Assembly (NCBI RefSeq): GCF_009914755.1
Contig: NC_060940.1
DNA from: the human T2T-CHM13v2.0 reference genome, Homo sapiens
Length of the DNA stretch: 64,000 nt
Strand: one strand, 5' to 3'
Shown here: positions 38,201 to 51,500 of the stretch, piece after piece
Layout: each line of letters opens with the position of its first letter
How positions within the stretch are numbered: the stretch's first letter is position 1
The notes under the pieces: generated by a model
The model's input: only the letters and a program-made list of their open reading frames with translations
Told to the model about the DNA's origin: nothing
Databases searched by the model: none
Translations under genes and position numbers: made by a program

Positions 38201-41200
38201 GTATTCAACTGACAGAGTTGAACCTTCCTTTAGACAGAGCAGATTTGAAAGTCTCTTTTTGTGGAATTTGCAAGTGGAGATTTCAAGCGCTTTGAGGCCA
38301 AAAGCAGAAAAGGAAATATTTTCCTATAAAAACTAGACAGAATCATTCTCAGAAACTGCTCTGTGATGTGTGTGTTCAACTCACAGAGTTTAACTTTCTT
38401 TTCATTCAGCAGTTTGGAAACACTCTGTTTGGAAAGTCTGCACGTGGATATTTTGACCTCTTTGAGGCCTTCGTTGGAAACGGGTTTTTTTCATGTAAGG
38501 CTAGACAGAAGAAATCTCAGTAACTTCCTTGTGTTGTGTGTATTCAACTGACAGAGTTGAACCTTCCTTTAGACAGAGCAGATTCGAAACACTCTTTTTC
38601 TGCAATTTGCAAGTGGAGACTTCAAGCGCTTTGAGGCCAAAGGCAGAAAAGGAAATATCTTCGTATAAAAACCCGACAGAATCATTCTCAGAAACTGCTC
38701 TGTGATGTGTGCGTTCAACTCACAGAGTTTAACTTTTCTTTTCATTCAGCAGTTTGGAAACACTCTGTTTGTAAAGTCTGCAAGTGGATATCTTGGCCTC
38801 TTAGAGGCCTTCGTTGGAAACGGGTTTTGTCATGTAAGGTTAGACAGAGGAATTCCCAGTAACTTCCTTGTGTTGTGTGCATTCAACTCACAGAGTTGAA
38901 TGATTCTTTACACAGAGCAGATTTGAGACACTCTTTTGGTGGAATTTGTTAGTGGAGAATTCAGCCGCTTTGAGGTCAACGGTAGAAAAGGAAATATCTT
39001 CGTATAAAAACTAGACAGAATGATTCTCAGAAACTGTTTTGTGATGTGTGCGTTCAACTCACAGAGTTTAACCTTTCTTTTCAAAGAGCAGTTAGGAAAC
39101 ACTCTGTTTGTAAAGTCTGCAAGTGGATATTCAGACCTCTTTGAGGCCTTCGTTGGAAACGGGATTTCTTCATATTATGCTAGACAGATGAATTCTCAGT
39201 AACTTCCTTGTGTTGTGTGTATTCAACTCACAGAGTTGAACGATCCTTTACACAGAGCAGATTTGAAACACTGTTTTTCTGGAATTTGCAAGTGGAGATT
39301 TCAGCCGCTTTGAGGTCAATGGTAGAAAAAGAAATATCTTCGTATAAAAACTAGACAGAATGATTCTCAGAAACTCCTTTGTGATGTGTGCGTTCAACTC
39401 ACAGAGTTTAACCTTTCTTTTCACAGAGCAGTTAGGAAACACTCTGTTTGTGAAGCCTGCCAGTGGATATTCGGACCTCTTTGAGGCCTTCGTTGGAAAC
39501 GGGATTTCTTCATATTATGCTAGACAGAAGATTTCTCAGTAACTTCTTTGTGTTGTGTGTATGCAACTCACAGAGTTCAACCTTCCTTTAGACAGAGCAG
39601 ATTTGAAACACTCTTTTTGTGGAATTTGCAAGTGGAGATTTCAAGCGCTTCGATGCCAATGGTAGAAAAGGAAATATCTTCGCATAAAACAAGACAAACT
39701 CGTTCCCAGACACTGCGTAGTGATGTGTGTGTTTAACTCACAGAGTTTAACCTTTCTTTTCATACAGCATTCTGGAAACCCTCTGTTTGTAAAGTCTGCA
39801 AGTGGATATTTGGACCTCTTAGATGCCTTCGTTGGAAACGGGATTTCTTCATATAATGCTAGAGGGAAGAATTCTTAGTAACTTCTTTGTGTTGTGTGTA
39901 TTCAACTGACAGAGTTGAACCTTCCTTTAGACAGAGCAGATTTGAAAGTCTCTTTTTGTGGAATTTGCAAGTGGAGATTTCAAGCGCTTTGAGGCCAAAA
40001 GCAGAAAAGGAAATATTTTCCTATAAAAACTAGACAGAATCTTTCTCAGAAACTGCTCTGGGATGTGTGCGTTCAACTCACAGATTTTAACTTTTCTTTT
40101 CATTCAGCAGTTTGGAAACACTCTGTTTGGAAAGTCTGCACGTGGATATTTTGACCTCTTTGAGGCCTTCGTTGGAAACGGGTTTTTTTCATGTAAGGCT
40201 AGACAGAAGAAATCTCAGTAACTTCCTTGTGTTGTGTGTATTCAACTGACAGAGTTGAACCTTCCTTTAGACAGAGCAGATTCGAAACACTCTTTTTCTG
40301 CAATTTGCAAGTGGAGACTTCAAGCGCTTTGAGGCCAAAGGCAGAAAAGGAAATATCTTCGTATAAAAACCCGACAGAATCATTCTCAGAAACTGCTCTG
40401 TGATGTGTGCGTTCAACTCACAGAGTTTAACTTTTCTTTTCATTCAGCAGTTTGGAAACACTCTGTTTGTAAAGTCTGCAAGTGGATATCTTGGCCTCTT
40501 AGAGGCCTTCGTTGGAAACGGGTTTTTTCATGTAAGGTTAGACAGAGGAATTCCCAGTAACTTCCTTGTGTTGTGTGCATTCAACTCACAGAGTTGAATG
40601 ATTCTTTACACAGAGCAGATTTGAGACACTCTTTTGGTGGAATTTGTTAGTGGAGAATTCAGCCGCTTTGAGGTCAACGGTAGAAAAGGAAATATCTTCG
40701 TATAAAAACTAGACAGAATGATTCTCAGAAACTGTTTTGTGATGTGTGCGTTCAACTCACAGAGTTTAACCTTTCTTTTCAAAGAGCAGTTAGGAAACAC
40801 TCTGTTTGTAAAGTCTGCAAGTGGATATTCAGACCTCTTTGAGGCCTTCGTTGGAAACGGGATTTCTTCATATTATGCTAGACAGATGAATTCTCAGTAA
40901 CTTCCTTGTGTTGTGTGTATTCAACTCACAGAGTTGAACGATCCTTTACACAGAGCAGATTTGAAACACTGTTTTTCTGGAATTTGCAAGTGGAGATTTC
41001 AGCCGCTTTGAGGTCAATGGTAGAAAAAGAAATATCTTCGTATAAAAACTAGACAGAATGATTCTCAGAAACTCCTTTGTGATGTGTGCGTTCAACTCAC
41101 AGAGTTTAACCTTTCTTTTCACAGAGCAGTTAGGAAACACTCTGTTTGTGAAGCCTGCCAGTGGATATTCGGACCTCTTTGAGGCCTTCGTTGGAAACGG

Positions 41201-44200
41201 GATTTCTTCATATTATGCTAGACAGAAGATTTCTCAGTAACTTCTTTGTGTTGTGTGTATGCAACTCACAGAGTTCAACCTTCCTTTAGACAGAGCAGAT
41301 TTGAAACACTCTTTTTGTGGAATTTGCAAGTGGAGATTTCAAGCGCTTCGATGCCAATGGTAGAAAAGGAAATATCTTCGTATAAAAACAAGACAAACTC
41401 GTTCCCAGACACTGCGTAGTGATGTGTGTGTTTAACTCACAGAGTTTAACCTTTCTTTTCATACAGCATTCTGGAAACCCTCTGTTTGTAAAGTCTGCAA
41501 GTGGATATTTGGACCTCTTAGATGCCTTCGTTGGAAACGGGATTTCTTCATATAATGCTAGAGGGAAGAATTCTTAGTAACTTCTTTGTGTTGTGTGTAT
41601 TCAACTGACAGAGTTGAACCTTCCTTTAGACAGAGCAGATTTGAAAGTCTCTTTTTGTGGAATTTGCAAGTGGAGATTTCAAGCGCTTTGAGGCCAAAAG
41701 CAGAAAAGGAAATGTTTTCCTATAAAAACTAGACAGAATCATTCTCAGAAACTGCTCTGTGATGTGTGTGTTCAACTCACAGAGTTTAACTTTCTTTTCA
41801 TTCAGCAGTTTGGAAACACTCTGTTTGGAAAGTCTGCACGTGGATATTTTGACCTCTTTGAGGCCTTCGTTGGAAACGGGTTTTTTTCATGTAACGCTAG
41901 ACAGAAGAAATCTCAGTAACTTCCTTGTGTTGTGTGTATTCAACTGACAGAGTTGAACCTTCCTTTAGACAGAGCAGATTCGAAACACTCTTTTTCTGCA
42001 ATTTGCAAGTGGAGACTTCAAGCGCTTTGAGGCCAAAGGCAGAAAAGGAAATATCTTCGTATAAAAACCCGACAGAATCATTCTCAGAAACTGCTCTGTG
42101 ATGTGTGCGTTCAACTCACAGAGTTTAACTTTTCTTTTCATTCAGCAGTTTGGAAACACTCTGTTTGTAAAGTCTGCAAGTGGATATCTTGGCCTCTTAG
42201 AGGCCTTCGTTGGAAACGGGTTTTTTCATGTAAGGTTAGACAGAGGAATTCCCAGTAACTTCCTTGTGTTGTGTGCATTCAACTCACAGAGTTGAATGAT
42301 TCTTTACACAGAGCAGATTTGAGACACTCTTTTGGTGGAATTTGTAAGTGGAGAATTCAGCCGCTTTGAGGTCAACGGTAGAAAAGGAAATATCTTCGTA
42401 TAAAAACTAGACAGAATGATTCTCAGAAACTGTTTTGTGATGTGTGCGTTCAACTCACAGAGTTTAACCTTTCTTTTCAAAGAGCAGTTAGGAAACACTC
42501 TGTTTGTAAAGTCTGCAAGTGGATATTCAGACCTCTTTGAGGCCTTCGTTGGAAACGGGATTTCTTCATATTATGCTAGACAGATGAATTCTCAGTAACT
42601 TCCTTGTGTTGTGTGTATTCAACTCACAGAGTTGAACGATCCTTTACACAGAGCAGATTTGAAACACTGTTTTTCTGGAATTTGCAAGTGGAGATTTCAG
42701 CCGCTTTGAGGTCAATGGTAGAAAAAGGAATATCATCGTATAAAAACTAGACAGAATGATTCTCAGAAACTCCTTTGTGATGTGTGCGTTCAACTCACAG
42801 AGTTTAACCTTTCTTTTCACAGAGCAGTTAGGAAACACTCTGTTTGTGAAGCCTGCCAGTGGATATTCGGACCTCTTTGAGGCCTTCGTTGGAAACGGGA
42901 TTTCTTCATATTATGCTAGACAGAAGATTTCTCAGTAACTTCTTTGTGTTGTGTGTATGCAACTCACAGAGTTCAACCTTCCTTTAGACAGAGCAGATTT
43001 GAAACACTCTTTTTGTGGAATTTGCAAGTGGAGATTTCAAGCGCTTCGATGCCAATGGTAGAAAAGGAAATATCTTCGTAGAAAAACAAGACAAACTCGT
43101 TCCCAGACACTGCGTAGTGATGTGTGTGTTTAACTCACAGAGTTTCACCTTTCTTTTCATACAGCATTCTGGAAACCCTCTGTTTGTAAAGTCTGCAAGT
43201 GGATATTTGGACCTCTTAGATGCCTTCGTTGGAAACGGGATTTCTTCATATAATGCTAGAGGGAAGAATTCTTAGTAACTTCTTTGTGTTGTGTGTATTC
43301 AACTGACAGAGTTGAACCTTCCTTTAGACAGAGCAGATTTGAAAGTCTCTTTTTGTGGAATTTGCAAGTGGAGATTTCAAGCGCTTTGAGGCCAAAAGCA
43401 GAAAAGGAAATATTTTCCTATAAAAACTAGACAGAATCATTCTCAGAAACTGCTCTGTGATGTGTGTGTTCAACTCACAGAGTTTAACTTTCTTTTCATT
43501 CAGCAGTTTGGAAACACTCTGTTTGGAAAGTCTGCACGTGGATATTTTGACCTCTTTGAGGCCTTCGTTGGAAACGGGTTTTTTTCATGTAAGGCTAGAC
43601 AGAAGAAATCTCAGTAACTTCCTTGTGTTGTGTGTATTCAACTGACAGAGTTGAACCTTCCTTTAGACAGAGCAGATTCGAAACACTCTTTTTCTGCAAT
43701 TTGCAAGTGGAGACTTCAAGCGCTTTGAGGCCAAAGGCAGAAAAGGAAATATCTTCGTATAAAAACCCGACAGAATCATTCTCAGAAACTGCTCTGTGAT
43801 GTGTGCGTTCAACTCACAGAGTTTAACTTTTCTTTTCATTCAGCAGTTTGGAAACACTCTGTTTGTAAAGTCTGCAAGTGGATATCTTGGCCTCTTAGAG
43901 GCCTTCGTTGGAAACGGGTTTTGTCATGTAAGGTTAGACAGAGGAATTCCCAGTAACTTCCTTGTGTTGTGTGCATTCAACTCACAGAGTTGAATGATTC
44001 TTTACACAGAGCAGATTTGAGACACTCTTTTGGTGGAATTTGTTAGTGGAGAATTCAGCCGCTTTGAGGTCAACGGTAGAAAAGGAAATATCTTCGTATA
44101 AAAACTAGACAGAATGATTCTCAGAAACTGTTTTGTGATGTGTGCGTTCAACTCACAGAGTTTAACCTTTCTTTTCAAAGAGCAGTTAGGAAACACTCTG

Positions 44201-47200
44201 TTTGTAAAGTCTGCAAGTGGATATTCAGACCTCTTTGAGGCCTTCGTTGGAAACGGGATTTCTTCATATTATGCTAGACAGATGAATTCTCAGTAACTTC
44301 CTTGTGTTGTGTGTATTCAACTCACAGAGTTGAACGATCCTTTACACAGAGCAGATTTGAAACACTGTTTTTCTGGAATTTGCAAGTGGAGATTTCAGCC
44401 GCTTTGAGGTCAATGGTAGAAAAAGAAATATCTTCGTATAAAAACTAGACAGAATGATTCTCAGAAACTCCTTTGTGATGTGTGCGTTCAACTCACAGAG
44501 TTTAACCTTTCTTTTCACAGAGCAGTTAGGAAACACTCTGTTTGTGAAGCCTGCCAGTGGATATTCGGACCTCTTTGAGGCCTTCGTTGGAAACGGGATT
44601 TCTTCATATTATGCTAGACAGAAGATTTCTCAGTAACTTCTTTGTGTTGTGTGTATGCAACTCACAGAGTTCAACCTTCCTTTAGACAGAGCAGATTTGA
44701 AACACTCTTTTTGTGGAATTTGCAAGTGGAGATTTCAAGCGCTTCGATGCCAATGGTAGAAAAGGAAATATCTTCGCATAAAACAAGACAAACTCGTTCC
44801 CAGACACTGCGTAGTGATGTGTGTGTTTAACTCACAGAGTTTAACCTTTCTTTTCATACAGCATTCTGGAAACCCTCTGTTTGTAAAGTCTGCAAGTGGA
44901 TATTTGGACCTCTTAGATGCCTTCGTTGGAAACGGGATTTCTTCATATAATGCTAGAGGGAAGAATTCTTAGTAACTTCTTTGTGTTGTGTGTATTCAAC
45001 TGACAGAGTTGAACCTTCCTTTAGACAGAGCAGATTTGAAAGTCTCTTTTTGTGGAATTTGCAAGTGGAGATTTCAAGCGCTTTGAGGCCAAAAGCAGAA
45101 AAGGAAATATTTTCCTATAAAAACTAGACAGAATCTTTCTCAGAAACTGCTCTGGGATGTGTGCGTTCAACTCACAGATTTTAACTTTTCTTTTCATTCA
45201 GCAGTTTGGAAACACTCTGTTTGGAAAGTCTGCACGTGGATATTTTGACCTCTTTGAGGCCTTCGTTGGAAACGGGTTTTTTTCATGTAAGGCTAGACAG
45301 AAGAAATCTCAGTAACTTCCTTGTGTTGTGTGTATTCAACTGACAGAGTTGAACCTTCCTTTAGACAGAGCAGATTCGAAACACTCTTTTTCTGCAATTT
45401 GCAAGTGGAGACTTCAAGCGCTTTGAGGCCAAAGGCAGAAAAGGAAATATCTTCGTATAAAAACCCGACAGAATCATTCTCAGAAACTGCTCTGTGATGT
45501 GTGCGTTCAACTCACAGAGTTTAACTTTTCTTTTCATTCAGCAGTTTGGAAACACTCTGTTTGTAAAGTCTGCAAGTGGATATCTTGGCCTCTTAGAGGC
45601 CTTCGTTGGAAACGGGTTTTTTCATGTAAGGTTAGACAGAGGAATTCCCAGTAACTTCCTTGTGTTGTGTGCATTCAACTCACAGAGTTGAATGATTCTT
45701 TACACAGAGCAGATTTGAGACACTCTTTTGGTGGAATTTGTTAGTGGAGAATTCAGCCGCTTTGAGGTCAACGGTAGAAAAGGAAATATCTTCGTATAAA
45801 AACTAGACAGAATGATTCTCAGAAACTGTTTTGTGATGTGTGCGTTCAACTCACAGAGTTTAACCTTTCTTTTCAAAGAGCAGTTAGGAAACACTCTGTT
45901 TGTAAAGTCTGCAAGTGGATATTCAGACCTCTTTGAGGCCTTCGTTGGAAACGGGATTTCTTCATATTATGCTAGACAGATGAATTCTCAGTAACTTCCT
46001 TGTGTTGTGTGTATTCAACTCACAGAGTTGAACGATCCTTTACACAGAGCAGATTTGAAACACTGTTTTTCTGGAATTTGCAAGTGGAGATTTCAGCCGC
46101 TTTGAGGTCAATGGTAGAAAAAGAAATATCTTCGTATAAAAACTAGACAGAATGATTCTCAGAAACTCCTTTGTGATGTGTGCGTTCAACTCACAGAGTT
46201 TAACCTTTCTTTTCACAGAGCAGTTAGGAAACACTCTGTTTGTGAAGCCTGCCAGTGGATATTCGGACCTCTTTGAGGCCTTCGTTGGAAACGGGATTTC
46301 TTCATATTATGCTAGACAGAAGATTTCTCAGTAACTTCTTTGTGTTGTGTGTATGCAACTCACAGAGTTCAACCTTCCTTTAGACAGAGCAGATTTGAAA
46401 CACTCTTTTTGTGGAATTTGCAAGTGGAGATTTCAAGCGCTTCGATGCCAATGGTAGAAAAGGAAATATCTTCGTATAAAAACAAGACAAACTCGTTCCC
46501 AGACACTGCGTAGTGATGTGTGTGTTTAACTCACAGAGTTTAACCTTTCTTTTCATACAGCATTCTGGAAACCCTCTGTTTGTAAAGTCTGCAAGTGGAT
46601 ATTTGGACCTCTTAGATGCCTTCGTTGGAAACGGGATTTCTTCATATAATGCTAGAGGGAAGAATTCTTAGTAACTTCTTTGTGTTGTGTGTATTCAACT
46701 GACAGAGTTGAACCTTCCTTTAGACAGAGCAGATTTGAAAGTCTCTTTTTGTGGAATTTGCAAGTGGAGATTTCAAGCGCTTTGAGGCCAAAAGCAGAAA
46801 AGGAAATGTTTTCCTATAAAAACTAGACAGAATCATTCTCAGAAACTGCTCTGTGATGTGTGTGTTCAACTCACAGAGTTTAACTTTCTTTTCATTCAGC
46901 AGTTTGGAAACACTCTGTTTGGAAAGTCTGCACGTGGATATTTTGACCTCTTTGAGGCCTTCGTTGGAAACGGGTTTTTTTCATGTAACGCTAGACAGAA
47001 GAAATCTCAGTAACTTCCTTGTGTTGTGTGTATTCAACTGACAGAGTTGAACCTTCCTTTAGACAGAGCAGATTCGAAACACTCTTTTTCTGCAATTTGC
47101 AAGTGGAGACTTCAAGCGCTTTGAGGCCAAAGGCAGAAAAGGAAATATCTTCGTATAAAAACCCGACAGAATCATTCTCAGAAACTGCTCTGTGATGTGT

Positions 47201-48500
47201 GCGTTCAACTCACAGAGTTTAACTTTTCTTTTCATTCAGCAGTTTGGAAACACTCTGTTTGTAAAGTCTGCAAGTGGATATCTTGGCCTCTTAGAGGCCT
47301 TCGTTGGAAACGGGTTTTTTCATGTAAGGTTAGACAGAGGAATTCCCAGTAACTTCCTTGTGTTGTGTGCATTCAACTCACAGAGTTGAATGATTCTTTA
47401 CACAGAGCAGATTTGAGACACTCTTTTGGTGGAATTTGTAAGTGGAGAATTCAGCCGCTTTGAGGTCAACGGTAGAAAAGGAAATATCTTCGTATAAAAA
47501 CTAGACAGAATGATTCTCAGAAACTGTTTTGTGATGTGTGCGTTCAACTCACAGAGTTTAACCTTTCTTTTCAAAGAGCAGTTAGGAAACACTCTGTTTG
47601 TAAAGTCTGCAAGTGGATATTCAGACCTCTTTGAGGCCTTCGTTGGAAACGGGATTTCTTCATATTATGCTAGACAGATGAATTCTCAGTAACTTCCTTG
47701 TGTTGTGTGTATTCAACTCACAGAGTTGAACGATCCTTTACACAGAGCAGATTTGAAACACTGTTTTTCTGGAATTTGCAAGTGGAGATTTCAGCCGCTT
47801 TGAGGTCAATGGTAGAAAAAGGAATATCATCGTATAAAAACTAGACAGAATGATTCTCAGAAACTCCTTTGTGATGTGTGCGTTCAACTCACAGAGTTTA
47901 ACCTTTCTTTTCACAGAGCAGTTAGGAAACACTCTGTTTGTGAAGCCTGCCAGTGGATATTCGGACCTCTTTGAGGCCTTCGTTGGAAACGGGATTTCTT
48001 CATATTATGCTAGACAGAAGATTTCTCAGTAACTTCTTTGTGTTGTGTGTATGCAACTCACAGAGTTCAACCTTCCTTTAGACAGAGCAGATTTGAAACA
48101 CTCTTTTTGTGGAATTTGCAAGTGGAGATTTCAAGCGCTTCGATGCCAATGGTAGAAAAGGAAATATCTTTGTATAAAAACAAGACAAACTCGTTCCCAG
48201 ACACTGCGTAGTGATGTGTGTGTTTAACTCACAGAGTTTCACCTTTCTTTTCATACAGCATTCTGGAAACCCTCTGTTTGTAAAGTCTGCAAGTGGATAT
48301 TTGGACCTCTTAGATGCCTTCGTTGGAAACGGGATTTCTTCATATAATGCTAGAGGGAAGAATTCTTAGTAACTTCTTTGTGTTGTGTGTATTCAACTGA
48401 CAGAGTTGAACCTTCCTTTAGACAGAGCAGATTTGAAAGTCTCTTTTTGTGGAATTTGCAAGTGGAGATTTCAAGCGCTTTGAGGCCAAAAGCAGAAAAG
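17270..48500 (+). repeat. 9-HOR (15283 bp) tandem duplication
   Basis: The ordered marker set recurs at +15283: TTCTAC-bearing ORF 20023/35306, CAGCTG 20627/35910, TTGGAAAG 21791/37074, CGCATAAAAC 24400/39683 and 29494/44777, TATCATCG 27452/42735 and 32546/47829. Confidence 0.9.
22380..32880 (+). repeat. 3-HOR (5094 bp) tandem duplication nested in the 9-HOR block (repeated at ~37660-48160)
   Basis: The marker order GTAGAA / TTTTGTC / CGCATAAAAC / AGATTTT / GTAACGC / TATCATCG repeats at +5094 (ORFs 22638/27732, 24265/29359, 26476/31570, 27361/32455). Confidence 0.9.
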
Positions 48501-51500
48501 GAAATGTTTTCCTATAAAAACTAGACAGAATCTTTCTCAGAAACTGCTCTGGGATGTGTGCGTTCAACTCACAGAGTTTAACTTTTCTTTTCATTCAGCA
48601 GTTTGGAAACACTCTGTTTGGAAAGTCTGCACGTGGATATTTTGACCTCTTTGAGGCCTTCGTTGGAAACGGGTTTTTTTCATGTAAGGCTAGACAGAAG
48701 AAATCTCAGTAACTTCCTTGTGTTGTGTGTATTCAACTGACAGAGTTGAACCTTCTTTTAGACAGAGCAGATTCGAAACACTCTTTTTCTGCAATTTGCA
48801 AGTGGAGACTTCAAGCGCTTTGAGGCCAAAGGCAGAAAAGGAAATATCTTCGTATAAAAACCCGACAGAATCATTCTCAGAAACTGCTCTGTGATGTGTG
48901 CGTTCAACTCACAGAGTTTAACTTTTCTTTTCATTCAGCAGTTTGGAAACACTCTGTTTGTAAAGTCTGCAAGTGGATATCTTGGCCTCTTAGAGGCCTT
49001 CGTTGGAAACGGGTTTTTTCATGTAAGGTTAGACAGAGGAATTCCCAGTAACTTCCTTGTGTTGTGTGCATTCTACTCACAGAGTTGAATGATTCTTTAC
49101 ACAGAGCAGATTTGAGACACTCTTTTGGTGGAATTTGTAAGTGGAGAATTCAGCTGCTTTGAGGTCAACGGTAGAAAAGGAAATATCTTCGTATAAAAAC
49201 TAGACAGAATGATTCTCAGAAACTGTTTTGTGATGTGTGCGTTCAACTCACAGAGTTTAACCTTTCTTTTCAAAGAGCAGTTAGGAAACACTCTGTTTGT
49301 AAAGTCTGCAAGTGGATATTCAGACCTCTTTGAGGCCTTCGTTGGAAACGGGATTTCTTCATATTATGCTAGACAGATGAATTCTCAGTAACTTCCTTGT
49401 GTTGTGTGTATTCAACTCACAGAGTTGAACGATCCTTTACACAGAGCAGATTTGAAACACTGTTTTTCTGGGATTTGCAAGTGGAGATTTCAGCCGCTTT
49501 GAGGTCAATGGTAGAAAAGGAAATATCTTCGTATAAAAACTAGACAGAATGATTCTCAGAAACTCCTTTGTGATGTGTGCGTTCAACTCACAGAGTTTAA
49601 CCTTTCTTTTCACAGAGCAGTTAGGAAACACTCTGTTTGTGAAGCCTGCCAGTGGATATTCGGACCTCTTTGAGGCCTTCGTTGGAAACGGGATTTCTTC
49701 ATATTATGCTAGACAGAAGATTTCTCAGTAACTTCTTTGTGTTGTGTGTATGCAACTCACAGAGTTCAACCTTCCTTTAGACAGAGCAGATTTGAAACAC
49801 TCTTTTTGTGGAATTTGCAAGTGGAGATTTCAAGCGCTTCGATGCCAATGGTAGAAAAGGAAATATCTTCGTATAAAAACAAGACAAACTCATTCCCAGA
49901 CACTGCGTAGTGATGTGTGTGTTTAACTCACAGAGTTTCACCTTTCTTTTCATACAGCATTCTGGAAACCCTCTGTTTGTAAAGTCTGCAAGTGGATATT
50001 TGGACCTCTTAGATGCCTTCGTTGGAAACGGGATTTCTTCATATAATGCTAGAGGGAAGAATTCTTAGTAACTTCTTTGTGTTGTGTGTATTCAACTGAC
50101 AGAGTTGAACCTTCCTTTAGACAGAGCAGATTTGAAAGTCTCTTTTTGTGGAATTTGCAAGTGGAGATTTCAAGCGCTTTGAGGCCAAAAGCAGAAAAGG
50201 AAATATTTTCCTATAAAAACTAGACAGAATCATTCTCAGAAACTGCTCTGTGATGTGTGTGTTCAACTCACAGAGTTTAACTTTCTTTTCATTCAGCAGT
50301 TTGGAAACACTCTGTTTGGAAAGTCTGCACGTGGATATTTTGACCTCTTTGAGGCCTTCGTTGGAAACGGGTTTTTTTCATGTAAGGCTAGACAGAAGAA
50401 ATCTCAGTAACTTCCTTGTGTTGTGTGTATTCAACTGACAGAGTTGAACCTTCCTTTAGACAGAGCAGATTCGAAACACTCTTTTTCTGCAATTTGCAAG
50501 TGGAGACTTCAAGCGCTTTGAGGCCAAAGGCAGAAAAGGAAATATCTTCGTATAAAAACCCGACAGAATCATTCTCAGAAACTGCTCTGTGATGTGTGCG
50601 TTCAACTCACAGAGTTTAACTTTTCTTTTCATTCAGCAGTTTGGAAACACTCTGTTTGGAAAGTCTGCAAGTGGATATCTTGGCCTCTTAGAGGCCTTCG
50701 TTGGAAACGGGTTTTTTCATGTAAGGTTAGACAGAGGAATTCCCAGTAACTTCCTTGTGTTGTGTGCATTCAACTCACAGAGTTGAATGATTCTTTACAC
50801 AGAGCAGATTTGAGACACTCTTTTGGTGGAATTTGTTAGTGGAGAATTCAGCCGCTTTGAGGTCAACGGTAGAAAAGGAAATATCTTCGTATAAAAACTA
50901 GACAGAATGATTCTCAGAAACTGTTTTGTGATGTGTGCGTTCAACTCACAGAGTTTAACCTTTCTTTTCAAAGAGCAGTTAGGAAACACTCTGTTTGTAA
51001 AGTCTGCAAGTGGATATTCAGACCTCTTTGAGGCCTTCGTTGGAAACGGGATTTCTTCATATTATGCTAGACAGATGAATTCTCAGTAACTTCCTTGTGT
51101 TGTGTGTATTCAACTCACAGAGTTGAACGATCCTTTACACAGAGCAGATTTGAAACACTGTTTTTCTGGAATTTGCAAGTGGAGATTTCAGCCGCTTTGA
51201 GGTCAATGGTAGAAAAAGAAATATCTTCGTATAAAAACTAGACAGAATGATTCTCAGAAACTCCTTTGTGATGTGTGCGTTCAACTCACAGAGTTTAACC
51301 TTTCTTTTCACAGAGCAGTTAGGAAACACTCTGTTTGTGAAGCCTGCCAGTGGATATTCGGACCTCTTTGAGGCCTTCGTTGGAAACGGGATTTCTTCAT
51401 ATTATGCTAGACAGAAGATTTCTCAGTAACTTCTTTGTGTTGTGTGTATGCAACTCACAGAGTTCAACCTTCCTTTAGACAGAGCAGATTTGAAACACTC

